From assembly GCA_964465065.1 (NCBI GenBank), contig CAYXHZ010000006.1, positions 1,185 to 65,184 on the forward strand: a DNA stretch of 64,000 bases. The letters are read 5' to 3'. Made by a program: the position numbers and the translations under genes. Below, one piece after another: positions 34,457 through 43,807 of the stretch; positions within the stretch are counted from its first letter, which is position 1, and each line of letters starts with the position of its first letter. The stretch is from an uncultured Clostridia bacterium. GTDB taxonomy: Bacteria > Acidobacteriota > Aminicenantia > UBA2199. The notes beneath the pieces were generated by a model. That model made no database searches and was not told the origin of the DNA. It saw nothing but the letters and a program-made list of their open reading frames with translations.

Positions 34457-35407
34457 ATGCAACGCGCACACCCATCCCTGTTGGTCCTGTTCTGCCTGCT
34501 GACGACCGTATCGGCGGCGGAAAAAGGCAACTCGAACGAATTCGGGCGCTGGCAACTGGAGATATCCGGCGGTCCGCAACTTTTTTTTGCCAACGACGTC
34601 AACCTGTTCACCCAGGCCGAAAACCGCTACCTCGATCTCTATTTCCGAGACAACCCCTATTGCTCCGTTCTCAACGATCCGGGTCTGAGCAATTTCCGTT
34701 ACGCCCTCAACGGCCGGATCCGCCTCCGTTATCAGCTGAACAGGCGCTTCCGGCTCTGCGGCGGTCTGCATTACCTGTACGGAAACAACAGCAATTCCGC
34801 CCGTTTCAGTTTCCAGCGCGACAACGGCTGGCGCACCCTGACCGATTCGCTGGATTACCAGGCCCTGGATACCCGGCTGGACCTCGTCTTCCCCCACCTG
34901 GGCCTCGCCTACCAGCTGCCGGTCGGCACCAGAACGGACCTGGAACTGGGCCTGTCGGCCGGCTTGGTCTGGGCCACTCTACGTCTGGAACGGCACATCG
35001 TCGACAGCATCCAGGCCCGGGAACTGGATCCGGTCAACGAGTACATCATCTATCAGGGCGAACGTTCGCTGAGCATGAAGGGCAGGGGCAGCGGTTTCGG
35101 AATCAACGCCGAATTGAAACTGAACCGGCGCGTCAACCGGCACCTGGGCGTCTTCCTGGAAACCGGGTACAGCTTCTACCATCTGCCCAGGCTACGCGGT
35201 CCCAGCAGCGAATTGGCCGGAGGCCGGACCCGCAGCTGGGATGGGGAATGGTTCCTGATCGGCGAACGGGTCGAAAAGAGCTGGGGTTCCGGCGAATTCT
35301 ACTACCCCAGCAACGATCCCAGTCTGACACAACGTCGCGGCGGCGATTTTTTCATCAACCTGCACGGCTTCATCAGCCTGCAATTCGGTATACTGATCAG
35401 CTTGTAA
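34457..35407 (+). CDS. Exported protein, probably an outer-membrane beta-barrel; immediately follows the S10 peptidase gene
   Basis: Signal peptide MQRAHPSLLVLFCLLTTVSA, alternating amphipathic beta-strand pattern, and C-terminal ..LQFGILISL. Only a 1-nt gap to the S10 gene. Confidence 0.45.
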   Translation: MQRAHPSLLVLFCLLTTVSAAEKGNSNEFGRWQLEISGGPQLFFANDVNLFTQAENRYLDLYFRDNPYCSVLNDPGLSNFRYALNGRIRLRYQLNRRFRLCGGLHYLYGNNSNSARFSFQRDNGWRTLTDSLDYQALDTRLDLVFPHLGLAYQLPVGTRTDLELGLSAGLVWATLRLERHIVDSIQARELDPVNEYIIYQGERSLSMKGRGSGFGINAELKLNRRVNRHLGVFLETGYSFYHLPRLRGPSSELAGGRTRSWDGEWFLIGERVEKSWGSGEFYYPSNDPSLTQRRGGDFFINLHGFISLQFGILISL

Positions 35408-35460
35408 TTCACTGTTTCGGCTCGCGGCGAAAATGGTCATGTCCCGCTCGGCCGTTCGAA

Positions 35461-35500
35461 ATTGCAATACAGAACCTTTCCGGGGTTCTGTATTGACAAT
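35461..35500. repeat. Near-perfect palindrome ATTGCAATACAGAACC-tttccgg-GGTTCTGTATTG(a)CAAT, with 12-bp perfect arms extendable to 16
   Basis: Seen directly in sequence, 54 bp downstream of the OMP gene stop and 64 bp upstream of the DUF4097 gene. The 15-mer GTTCTGTATTGCAAT recurs at 11651-11666. Confidence 0.45.
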
Positions 35501-35563
35501 CCGGAATTCCCCGCACCTGAGGCCGACGTATGTAGAGGCATGAAATCAACTGTGAGGTGAAAC

Positions 35564-36520
35564 ATGAACAAACAAGGCAAATGGATTTTGATGAGCGTCG
35601 CGCTGCTGAGCCTGGGGCTGACCCTGTACTCGGCAGAGATGCAAAGCGAGAACCGCGCCTTCAGCGGGAAAAAGAGCGTTCGGTTGGAACTGGTCAGCGG
35701 CGATTGCCGGATCAAAACCGTCGGCGGCGACCGGATCGAGGTGAAGCTCAGCTTCAGTTACGACCGAAAATCGTTCACCCCGAAATTCGAGGAACAGGGG
35801 GAAATCCTGGTTCTCGGTGAGGATTTCGACGGCAACAGTTGCCAGGGCGAATCGATCTGGGAAATTTCCCTGCCGGCCAGTACGGGCATCGAGTTCCGCT
35901 CGGCCTCTGGCAATTTAGTGATCAGCGGCGTTCAAAACGGTATCGAGGCCCACTCGGCCTCCGGCAACATCGAGCTCCGGGAAATCGGCGGCCCGGTGTC
36001 GCTGCACACCGCCAGCGGAAACATCAGCTTGAAAGACATCGGCGGCGACATCAACGCCCGCTCGGCCAGCGGCGACATCGACATCGAGCAGGTCAACGCC
36101 AAGCTCGTCTGCTGCAAGACGGCCAGCGGAAACATCGGCCTGAACAAGGTCAAGGCCGGACTGAAAATCGCCGGCGCAAGCGGCAACATCAGCGCCCAGG
36201 CTGTCAGCCCGGAGTCCGAGAGCAGTTTCAAAACCGCATCAGGCAATGTCGCGGTGCAGCTGGCCTCCGCCCTGAAGGCCGACATCACGCTGGCCTCGGC
36301 TTCCGGGGACGCCTGCCTGGATTTCAACGGTCAGCCCATGGATGGCAGCTTCGAGTTGACCGCCCGCAAGGGCCGCCCCATCCTGTCCCCGTTCAAATTC
36401 GACCGGGAAGAGGAATTCGAGCAAAACGACCAGACCTACGTCAAAAAGACAAAGGTTCAAAAGTCGGCCAGCCCCAAAATCACGGTGAAAACCGCTTCCG
36501 GAAAGGCCGAAGTCAAATAG
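35564..36520 (+). CDS. DUF4097 (LiaF C-terminal-like, beta-helical 'putative adhesin') exported protein
   Basis: Signal peptide MNKQGKWILMSVALLSLGLTLYSA, then about 10 tandem roughly 20-aa repeats (S/T)ASGN(I/V)... typical of DUF4097. Confidence 0.65.
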   Translation: MNKQGKWILMSVALLSLGLTLYSAEMQSENRAFSGKKSVRLELVSGDCRIKTVGGDRIEVKLSFSYDRKSFTPKFEEQGEILVLGEDFDGNSCQGESIWEISLPASTGIEFRSASGNLVISGVQNGIEAHSASGNIELREIGGPVSLHTASGNISLKDIGGDINARSASGDIDIEQVNAKLVCCKTASGNIGLNKVKAGLKIAGASGNISAQAVSPESESSFKTASGNVAVQLASALKADITLASASGDACLDFNGQPMDGSFELTARKGRPILSPFKFDREEEFEQNDQTYVKKTKVQKSASPKITVKTASGKAEVK

Positions 36521-36528
36521 TCATCGCA

Positions 36529-36550
36529 GGGGCTTGATCCATCAAGCCCC
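36529..36550 (+). terminator. Hairpin GGGGCTTGAT-cc-ATCAAGCCCC just after the DUF4097 stop
   Basis: Perfect 10-bp stem; the downstream sequence is only weakly T-rich. Confidence 0.35.
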
Positions 36551-36582
36551 GCTCCTTCCTGAATCTCATTCGACCCAAAGCT

Positions 36583-36610
36583 GAAACAAAAGCAGTCGCC
36601 GATTCGTACC
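36583..36610 (+). promoter_or_regulatory. ECF (sigmaW-like) promoter candidate cTGAAAC-N17-CGTACC upstream of the M13 peptidase gene
   Basis: ctGAAACaaaagcagtcgccgattCGTACCaattttt, about 40 nt upstream of the ATG at 36649. Same pattern as the degP and ECF-sigma upstream regions. Confidence 0.35.
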
Positions 36611-36648
36611 AATTTTTTGAGCTTGAGATCTACAGCTAGGAGACATAT

Positions 36649-38706
36649 ATGAAAATTTCCGTACAAAAGTTCCGCACTGTTCTGTTTTGGCTCGTCTTCA
36701 CACTGGTTTCGACCGACTCGGCATTCCTGGTCGCCGACGACACGAAGACACCGGCTCTGGACAAGAACAACATGGATGTATCCGTCAGACCCGGCGATGA
36801 TTTCTACCGCTACGCCAACGGTCTGTGGATCAAGAGATTCAATCTGCCCGACGACCGCAGTTCCTACGATGCCTTCGATCAGGTACGCGAGCAGAACCGC
36901 GACCGTCTGCATGCCCTGTGCCAGGAACTGGCCGCCACGCCCGGCCGGTTTCAAACGGGCAGCCCGGCGCAGAAGATCGGCGATTTCTACGCTACGGCCA
37001 TGGACACGGAAACCATCGAAAAACTGGGCTATGAGCCGTTGCAGGAAGAGCTGAAGCGCATCGCCGCCTTGAGCGATGTTAAAAGCCTGCTCGCCTTGCT
37101 GGCAGAATTTCACCGCAACGGCCTGGGCGCTCTCTTCGGTGGCGGAGTCATGGCCGATCTGGCCAATTCCAAGGCTACCGCCTATTACCTGGCCCAGACC
37201 GGACTCGGACTCTCCGACCGGGATTATTACACCCGGGACGATGCCGACGCCCAGCGCATCCGCCGCGAGTACCTGATCCACATCGCCAAGATGATGCAGC
37301 TCATCGGCGACAGTTCGCAACAGGCCGAGCAGGCGGCCAAGACGGTCATGGCCATCGAAACCCGCCTTGCCAAAGCTTCCAAAACCCGGGTCGAGATGCG
37401 CGATATCCCCGGCCTGTACAACAAGATGAGTATTACCCAGCTCCAGTCCCACTGTCCCCAGGTGGACTGGACCGCCTATTTCCAGGCCATCGCCGGCCGG
37501 GAAATCCCCGAAGTCGTCGTCATGTCCCCCAAGTTCTACAAGGAGATGGGTCTGATGCTGCAGGAAGTCCCGATCGCCGACTGGCGCTGCTACCTGCGCT
37601 GGCACCTGACCACCTTCTGCGCAGATTATTTGAGTTCGGACTTCGTCAACGAGGATTTCCGCTTCTTCGACCAGATCATGGAAGGCACCAAGGAGATCCA
37701 GGAACGCTGGAAACGCATGACCAACCTGACCAGCGACTGTCTGGACGAGATCATGGGTCAGATGTACGTGGAAAAATACTTCCCGCCTGCAGCCAAACAG
37801 CGCATGGCCCAGATGGCCGCCAATATCAAGCAGGCCCTGGAAGCCCGCCTGAAATCGGTCAGCTGGATGGGTGAAGAAACCAAAAAAGAGGCCCTGGCCA
37901 AGCTGGCGGCCATGAAGGTCGAGGTCGGTTACCCCGACAAGTGGCAGGATTACAGCAAGCTGGAGGTCAAGCGCGACGGATTTCTGGCCAACATCAGACG
38001 CTACGGCCGCTTCAACTTCGAAAAAAACATGCAGGAATACGGCAAGCCGGCCGACCACAGCAAGTGGGACATGCCGCCGCAGGTCGTCAACGCCGCCTAC
38101 AACCCGATCTTCAACCGCATGGTCTTCCCGGCGGGCATCCTGCAGGCCCCCTTCTTCTTCATGGACGCCGACGACGCCATGAACTACGGCGCCATCGGCA
38201 TGGCCATCGGCCACGAGATGAGCCACGGTTTCGACGACCAGGGCCGAAATTTCGACAGGGAAGGCAATCTGCGCGACTGGTGGACTCAGCAGGACGCAGC
38301 CGAGTTCAAGAAAAAGACCCAGGTGCTCGTCGACCAGTACAGCGCCTTCACCGCCGTGGGCGATGTCAAGGTCAACGGTGAACTCGCCCTGGGCGAAAGC
38401 ATCGCCGATTTCGCCGGTCTGACCATCGCCTATGATGCCTACCGCCTGTCTCTGGCCGGCAAAGAACCGGAACCCATCGACGGTCTCAGCGGCGGACAGC
38501 GCTTCTTTCTGGCCTTCGCCCAACTGTGGCGCGGCAAGATCCGCGACGAGGCGCTCAAGCGCATGGTCAGCGAGGACGTCCACCCCTGGGGCGAGTTCCG
38601 GGTCAATGGAGCCCCGTTCAACGTGCCCGCCTTTTACGAACTCTTCCAAATCAAAGAAGGGGACAAACTGTACCGCAAACCCGAGCAACGCGCCGTGATC
38701 TGGTAA
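36649..38706 (+). CDS. M13-family zinc metalloendopeptidase (neprilysin/PepO-like), exported
   Basis: IGHEMSHGFDDQG (HExxH) and GESIADFAGL (the ENIAD-type motif). Signal/TM N-terminus. 685 aa. Confidence 0.85.
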   Translation: MKISVQKFRTVLFWLVFTLVSTDSAFLVADDTKTPALDKNNMDVSVRPGDDFYRYANGLWIKRFNLPDDRSSYDAFDQVREQNRDRLHALCQELAATPGRFQTGSPAQKIGDFYATAMDTETIEKLGYEPLQEELKRIAALSDVKSLLALLAEFHRNGLGALFGGGVMADLANSKATAYYLAQTGLGLSDRDYYTRDDADAQRIRREYLIHIAKMMQLIGDSSQQAEQAAKTVMAIETRLAKASKTRVEMRDIPGLYNKMSITQLQSHCPQVDWTAYFQAIAGREIPEVVVMSPKFYKEMGLMLQEVPIADWRCYLRWHLTTFCADYLSSDFVNEDFRFFDQIMEGTKEIQERWKRMTNLTSDCLDEIMGQMYVEKYFPPAAKQRMAQMAANIKQALEARLKSVSWMGEETKKEALAKLAAMKVEVGYPDKWQDYSKLEVKRDGFLANIRRYGRFNFEKNMQEYGKPADHSKWDMPPQVVNAAYNPIFNRMVFPAGILQAPFFFMDADDAMNYGAIGMAIGHEMSHGFDDQGRNFDREGNLRDWWTQQDAAEFKKKTQVLVDQYSAFTAVGDVKVNGELALGESIADFAGLTIAYDAYRLSLAGKEPEPIDGLSGGQRFFLAFAQLWRGKIRDEALKRMVSEDVHPWGEFRVNGAPFNVPAFYELFQIKEGDKLYRKPEQRAVIW

Positions 38707-38732
38707 TACGGTCGTTCTTGCAAACCGCATCC

Positions 38733-38766
38733 GCGCCAGGGGTTTGATTCTGCAAACCCCTGGCGC
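38733..38766 (+). terminator. Rho-independent-like terminator GCGCCAGGGGTTTG-attctg-CAAACCCCTGGCGC followed by a U-rich tail
   Basis: Perfect 14-bp stem and 6-nt loop, seen 27 bp after the M13 peptidase stop. Confidence 0.5.
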
Positions 38767-38849
38767 ATTATCTGTTCAGTCCTCTTGCCAAAAGCACCCC
38801 AACAAAGGTATAACAAGCTCATACCAATCAAACTCGAATTGGAGATTTC

Positions 38850-41690
38850 ATGCAGTCACGCTTCTGGCTGAAACCGTTGCTTATCGCCCAAATGCTGTTT
38901 TCCATCACCCTATCGGCCCAAATCCGCCTAGCTCTGCTTCCGGTCGACACTCCGACCGCTCTGCCGGCGGTCAACTCCGACATACTGATCCTGCGGGAAC
39001 TGAGTTGGCAGACGGCCATCGGCTCCGATCCCAGCCCCATCTCCGCCGGATCGCAACCGCTTCTGCTGCGTCTCCGCTTTCCCGACGAGGGCGTGACCAT
39101 CGGTGACAGCGAACTCGATCGGCTGGAGATCTTCCTACAGCAAAACCCGGCCATCGACGCCATCATTCTCGATCTGGGCACCTTTAAACCGGCCAGCGAC
39201 CAGATGAATTACCTGCTCAAGCGGATTTCCAGCCTGATCAAAGGGGTCAAGACGGATTTTAAAATCGGCCTGGAGGCCGATGACCTGGATTCGCTGCTGG
39301 AAGCGATCGTCACCCAGAAACTGAGTTCCTACCTCGATGCCCTGGTCGTGTCATCGGCCGACAACGCCCTGCAGGAAAAGATCATGACCCGCCTGCCCGA
39401 GCTCAAGCTCTGGGAGCGCCTGAGCCCCAATCCGGGCACAGATACGGAAACCGCCCGGCTGATCACGCGTCTGCTCAACCGGCCGCTGTTCATGACCAAC
39501 ACCACTTCCCTCTACCTGTGCGAAAGTCCGGCCAGCGCCGAATGCCTGCATACCCTGGACCGACTGATGCCCTACCTGAGCATGGGACTCATCGACCACA
39601 TGGAAGTCGTCAACCTGCAGGAAGAAAAGGGCAGCGTCCGACCGTTGCCGCTCTACTACAAGCACGACGGCGTGTCGCCGGTGATCATGGCCGTCATCGA
39701 CCAGGCCGGGAAAAAATCGATCCAGCTGACCCCCGGAGTCTACGAAAACGCCCTGGTCACCGACCTGCAGACCGGAGCGCAGAACCGCGAGAAGATCGGC
39801 CGGCACAGCCGCAGCTTCAGGATCCAGCTGAATCCCTCCATATATGTCATCGAATTGAGCCCCCGCGATGAGCTCAAACGCCAGGTCATCGAGGTCGGCG
39901 TCAATTCCGAACGCCAGTTGAGCGCCGAGGAAATCGTCGCCAAGGCCCGTGCCTGGATGACCATGCAGAGCCGTCGGCTGCACTGCTTCATTGCCGATAT
40001 GAGCGTCAACTACAGCCTCACCGTCGGCAACCTCAACGAAACCTTCGATCTGCTCATCCGCGGACCGTACTTCAGCTCCCGCGGCGAACCGGCCGATTGG
40101 GTGCAACAGGATTTTTTTCTCAACCGTATCAAATGGAAATCGAAGAAAATACCCAAAATTCCGCTGCTGCAACCCGAGAAGGTCAGCGTCGTCCCCCTGG
40201 AAATCGAACTCAGCGAACTCTACCAGTACCAGCGCAGCCATGACGAAACCCTTGCCGGGACAGCGGTCTACGTCATCCATTTCAAACCCGGACCGGGCCT
40301 GAAGGATCAAAGCGCCTACGAAGGCCGCCTGTGGATCAGCAAAAAGGACGGCGCCATCCTGCAGAAGGAACTGAACCAGCTCAACCTCAAAGGCGAAGTG
40401 CTCTCCAACGTCGAGACGCAAACCATCAGTCCCATGGGCAGCGACGGAGAAATCTGCCTGCCGACAAGGCTGGTGGGCCACCAGATTTTCAACATCGCCG
40501 GTACGCTCACCCACATCGAGAAACTGATCGAATACGACAATATCCGCATCAATCCCGTGGATTTCACCGCCCAGCGCCAGGCGGCCCGCGATTCGGACGC
40601 CCGCATGGTACGGGACACCGACCGAGGCCTGCGTTACCTGGTCAAGGACAGCCAGAGCGGCGAACGCACCGTGGAATGGCAGCAGAGCAAAACGCAGACC
40701 GCCGCCATTTTCGGGAGCTTTTACGACAGTTCCTACGAATTTCCGGTGCCGCTGGCCGGCATCAATTACCTCAATTTCGACCTCGGTGGCCGTGGCAAGG
40801 GCCGCCAGACCAACATTTTTTTCGCCGGAGCCATGCTGCTGGCCAACTACACCGATCCGTCGCTGTTCGGCAGCGGTATCAGTTTCAACGCCAACCTCAA
40901 CGGCATCGCCTTCGCATCGCGGAACAAAATCTACCGCAACCTGGACCTGAGCCCCGGCGAGACCATCAAGGACCAGTCCTTCAAGAGTTTCATCAGTTTC
41001 GGCTTTTCACTGACCCGCAACGTCAAGCTGACCGCCGTCCTTGGCGCGGATTATTACATGTACAGCCGCCACAAGGAAGACACCAACCCGGAGTTCATCC
41101 TGCCCCGCGACAATCTGACCGGCAGCATCCGTCTCAAGCTGGACGCCAGTTTCAAGGGTTTCACCCTGTCCTGCTGGGCCGATTACGGCCGGCGCAGCGA
41201 TTGGGGTTTCTGGGGTCTGCCCGAAAACGACGATTACCTGGCCAGCCAGAAAGGCTTTTACCGCTTTCGGGTCATCGCCGCCAAGGACTTCCACCTGTCC
41301 CTGTTCCGCAAGATCCAGACCAAGTTCACCTGGCTGGACAGCTACCGCGTGGACCGCTTCAGCGCCTACAAGTTCGGCTTTTTCAGCGAGCTGCGCGTCA
41401 GCGGCTTCAACTCCGGAACCATTCGCGCCGAACGGGCGCTGATGTTCAATCTGGCATACAGCTATCAATTGAGCCAGCATTTCGGGCTGGAATTCAAGTA
41501 CGATTCCGTTCTGGCCAGCAACAGCAGCGAAGAGATGAGCCGGCAATATTTTTCAGGCATAGCCGCCGCCGCCAGTACCGCCCTGCCCTTCTGGGACAAC
41601 ATGCTGGTCAAGTTAGAAGCCGGACTGCCGGTGGTCAGCCACGGCGTCAAAGGCTTTGTTCTCTACCTGATGCTGCTCAAGATGTTCTGA
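38850..41690 (+). CDS. Large (946 aa) exported protein, function unknown; predicted beta-rich C-terminal (possible OM barrel) region
   Basis: Signal peptide MQSRFWLKPLLIAQMLFSITLSA. No catalytic motif recognised. The C-terminal 350 aa has an alternating aromatic/beta pattern and ends ..VLYLMLLKMF. Confidence 0.5.
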   Translation: MQSRFWLKPLLIAQMLFSITLSAQIRLALLPVDTPTALPAVNSDILILRELSWQTAIGSDPSPISAGSQPLLLRLRFPDEGVTIGDSELDRLEIFLQQNPAIDAIILDLGTFKPASDQMNYLLKRISSLIKGVKTDFKIGLEADDLDSLLEAIVTQKLSSYLDALVVSSADNALQEKIMTRLPELKLWERLSPNPGTDTETARLITRLLNRPLFMTNTTSLYLCESPASAECLHTLDRLMPYLSMGLIDHMEVVNLQEEKGSVRPLPLYYKHDGVSPVIMAVIDQAGKKSIQLTPGVYENALVTDLQTGAQNREKIGRHSRSFRIQLNPSIYVIELSPRDELKRQVIEVGVNSERQLSAEEIVAKARAWMTMQSRRLHCFIADMSVNYSLTVGNLNETFDLLIRGPYFSSRGEPADWVQQDFFLNRIKWKSKKIPKIPLLQPEKVSVVPLEIELSELYQYQRSHDETLAGTAVYVIHFKPGPGLKDQSAYEGRLWISKKDGAILQKELNQLNLKGEVLSNVETQTISPMGSDGEICLPTRLVGHQIFNIAGTLTHIEKLIEYDNIRINPVDFTAQRQAARDSDARMVRDTDRGLRYLVKDSQSGERTVEWQQSKTQTAAIFGSFYDSSYEFPVPLAGINYLNFDLGGRGKGRQTNIFFAGAMLLANYTDPSLFGSGISFNANLNGIAFASRNKIYRNLDLSPGETIKDQSFKSFISFGFSLTRNVKLTAVLGADYYMYSRHKEDTNPEFILPRDNLTGSIRLKLDASFKGFTLSCWADYGRRSDWGFWGLPENDDYLASQKGFYRFRVIAAKDFHLSLFRKIQTKFTWLDSYRVDRFSAYKFGFFSELRVSGFNSGTIRAERALMFNLAYSYQLSQHFGLEFKYDSVLASNSSEEMSRQYFSGIAAAASTALPFWDNMLVKLEAGLPVVSHGVKGFVLYLMLLKMF

Positions 41691-41693
41691 GTT

Positions 41694-42707
41694 TCAGTTT
41701 TTACCGGCCGGCAAACGGAGCTTCTCCAGAAAAGCGGCCTCCACCCACCATATCGACGGGTTACCGTTGGGAACCGTTGTCCGCATGCGGCGCAGATATG
41801 AAAAGTCGATGCGTTCGGGCGTCTGCGCCGGCAGGCGCGGCGACATGAAAAACAGATACTTCCCGTCCGGGGAAAGGCTGGCCGAATGCTCTTCGTTGTC
41901 GGCGGTGTTGATCAGCGGTCCCAGGTTGACCGGTTCGCTCCAGCTGTCATCGGAGTTATGGAAAACAACGTAATAATCCACCCCGTTCGGATTGGCTTTA
42001 TGTCCGTAGATCGGAACGATAGCCAAACGGTCGTCGGGCGAGAAATAGGCATTGTACCGGGCCTTGCCGGCGTTGATCTGCTCCGGCAGACGTTCGGGCT
42101 GGCTGTAACCGCCGTTTATGAATCGGCTGCGGTAGATGCACTCCCCGCCCCCCTCCTTCTCCGGTCCGGTGAAATACAGGGTGCCGTCGCGGGTGGTGCT
42201 GGGGAAAAATTCTCCTCCGGCTGTGTTGACCGGAGCGCCGAGGTTGCGCGCCTGTCCCCAGCCCGAACCGCTGCGTTCCATGACCCAGATGTCTTCGTCA
42301 CGCTCGGCGAAGACCTTTCCGGGAGCCGGCAGATTGGAGGCGAAGAAGAACTTCTGCCCGTCAGGAGAAATATGCGGCTCGATGTAATGAATCCCCGGCT
42401 TGTCCAGCCCCGCCACAACTTCCGGTTCGCCCCAGCGCCCGTTCTCGAAACGGCAACCGACGATGTAACTCAACTTGTACTGTCCGACGATGACCACGAA
42501 ATACAGTTCGCGGCCGTCGGGGCTCATGGTGAAATCCCGGGTGTGCAGGCCGGTGTTGACAATGCCCGGGGCAAACAGGACCGGTACCTGGCCGGGAGGG
42601 GTCTGGCCCAGATAGGGGATCGGCTCGTCCGGACTTGAGCCGGCAGCCGGCCAGGACGTATTGAGACACAGCAGAAACGAAAACAACACGGCAAATAAAC
42701 GGATCAT
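41694..42707 (-). CDS. PD40 / TolB-like WD40-like beta-propeller repeat protein, exported
   Basis: Start at MIRLFAVLFSFLLCL (signal peptide; GGAGTGA SD). Repeated ..SPDG(R/K)xL(Y/F)F.. motifs (SPDGRELYF, SPDGQKFFFAS, SPDGKYLFFMS) are typical PD40 repeats. Confidence 0.6.
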   Translation of the reverse strand: MIRLFAVLFSFLLCLNTSWPAAGSSPDEPIPYLGQTPPGQVPVLFAPGIVNTGLHTRDFTMSPDGRELYFVVIVGQYKLSYIVGCRFENGRWGEPEVVAGLDKPGIHYIEPHISPDGQKFFFASNLPAPGKVFAERDEDIWVMERSGSGWGQARNLGAPVNTAGGEFFPSTTRDGTLYFTGPEKEGGGECIYRSRFINGGYSQPERLPEQINAGKARYNAYFSPDDRLAIVPIYGHKANPNGVDYYVVFHNSDDSWSEPVNLGPLINTADNEEHSASLSPDGKYLFFMSPRLPAQTPERIDFSYLRRMRTTVPNGNPSIWWVEAAFLEKLRLPAGKN

Positions 42708-42831
42708 TTCTTCACTCCTTGCTTGCCTGCACGGTAAACGCGGCCGATAGCGGATTTCCTCAATCCATCCTGCCTGCAATCAGCAAAAAAATCAAGACCG
42801 TAATCGTTTGGAGGCTGTGCTATAATGGACA

Positions 42832-43806
42832 ATGGACAGTTCAATCGCATATTACCGCCGTCTCTGGAAAATCTACCGCAGTTACAAGCGCCGGGACACG
42901 ACTGTGGCCACCCTGCCGCTGCGCATGTGGGTGGAACTCTGTTCCGACTGCAATCTGCGCTGCGTCATGTGCCCAAACAAAGAACTGGCCGCCAAACAAC
43001 GCGGCATGATGGATCCGGAACTGTTTTTTCGCATCGTCGATCAGGCCGCCGAGTTCGTCCACGAGATGGCCCTGCACCACCGCGGCGAATCGCTGCTGCA
43101 CCCCCGTGCCGGCGAACTGATCCGTTACGCCGCCCAACGTATCCCGGTGACCAAATTGCACACCAACGGCACCCAGCTCAACGAGCGGATCTGCGCCGAG
43201 CTGGTTGATTCAGGTCTGACGCGCATCTCCTTCAGCTTCGACGGTTTCAACAAGGAAGATTACGAAAAAATCCGCGTCGGTGCCGATTACGCTGCCACCG
43301 TCGCCAACATCAAAACCCTGCTGCGCATCCGCCGCGAGAGACACAGCACCAGACCGATCGTCGCCATCGAGGTGATCAAGCTGAACGAATCGCAACTGGA
43401 GGCGGATAAACTGGCCCAGTTCAAGGCCATGTTCGGCGAAATCGGTCTCGACCAGTTCATCATCAAAAAACCGCACAACTGGGCCGGCCACCTGGACATC
43501 GGCCACAACCAGAATCAATACGCGCCCTGCACCTTCCTCTGGAACGCCCTGCTGGTTTTCTGGAACGGCGACGTGTCCCCCTGCGCCCAGGATTTTTTCG
43601 CCAGCTACACTCTGGGCAATGTCGGCCGGAACAGCTTGAAAGAGATCTGGAACGGTCCCGAGCAGCGCCGCCTGCGCCAGGCTCTTTCCGAACGCCGCTA
43701 CCAGGAATTCACCGCCTGCCGGAACTGCGACCGTCTCTGGCGCGACACCTTCCTGGGTATTCCCCGCGAGTACCTGCGCCAATTCCTGTTCCGGCGCATG
43801 CCCTAG
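42832..43806 (+). CDS. Radical SAM enzyme with a C-terminal SPASM domain
   Basis: CSDCNLRCVMC (CxxxCxxC) within ..LPLRMWVELCSDCNLRCVMCPN... C-terminal Cys cluster CTFLWNALLVFWNGDVSPCAQDF...CRNCD is typical of a SPASM auxiliary cluster. 324 aa. Confidence 0.75.
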   Translation: MDSSIAYYRRLWKIYRSYKRRDTTVATLPLRMWVELCSDCNLRCVMCPNKELAAKQRGMMDPELFFRIVDQAAEFVHEMALHHRGESLLHPRAGELIRYAAQRIPVTKLHTNGTQLNERICAELVDSGLTRISFSFDGFNKEDYEKIRVGADYAATVANIKTLLRIRRERHSTRPIVAIEVIKLNESQLEADKLAQFKAMFGEIGLDQFIIKKPHNWAGHLDIGHNQNQYAPCTFLWNALLVFWNGDVSPCAQDFFASYTLGNVGRNSLKEIWNGPEQRRLRQALSERRYQEFTACRNCDRLWRDTFLGIPREYLRQFLFRRMP

Positions 43807-43807
43807 T

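Noticed and set aside
35461-35500. LexA/Cheo-box (GAAC-N4-GTTC) or E. coli-type CTGT-N8-ACAG interpretation of the palindrome
   Set aside because: The GAAC..GTTC arms are separated by 9 nt, not 4, and there is no CTGT-N8-ACAG arrangement. No DNA-repair genes are adjacent.
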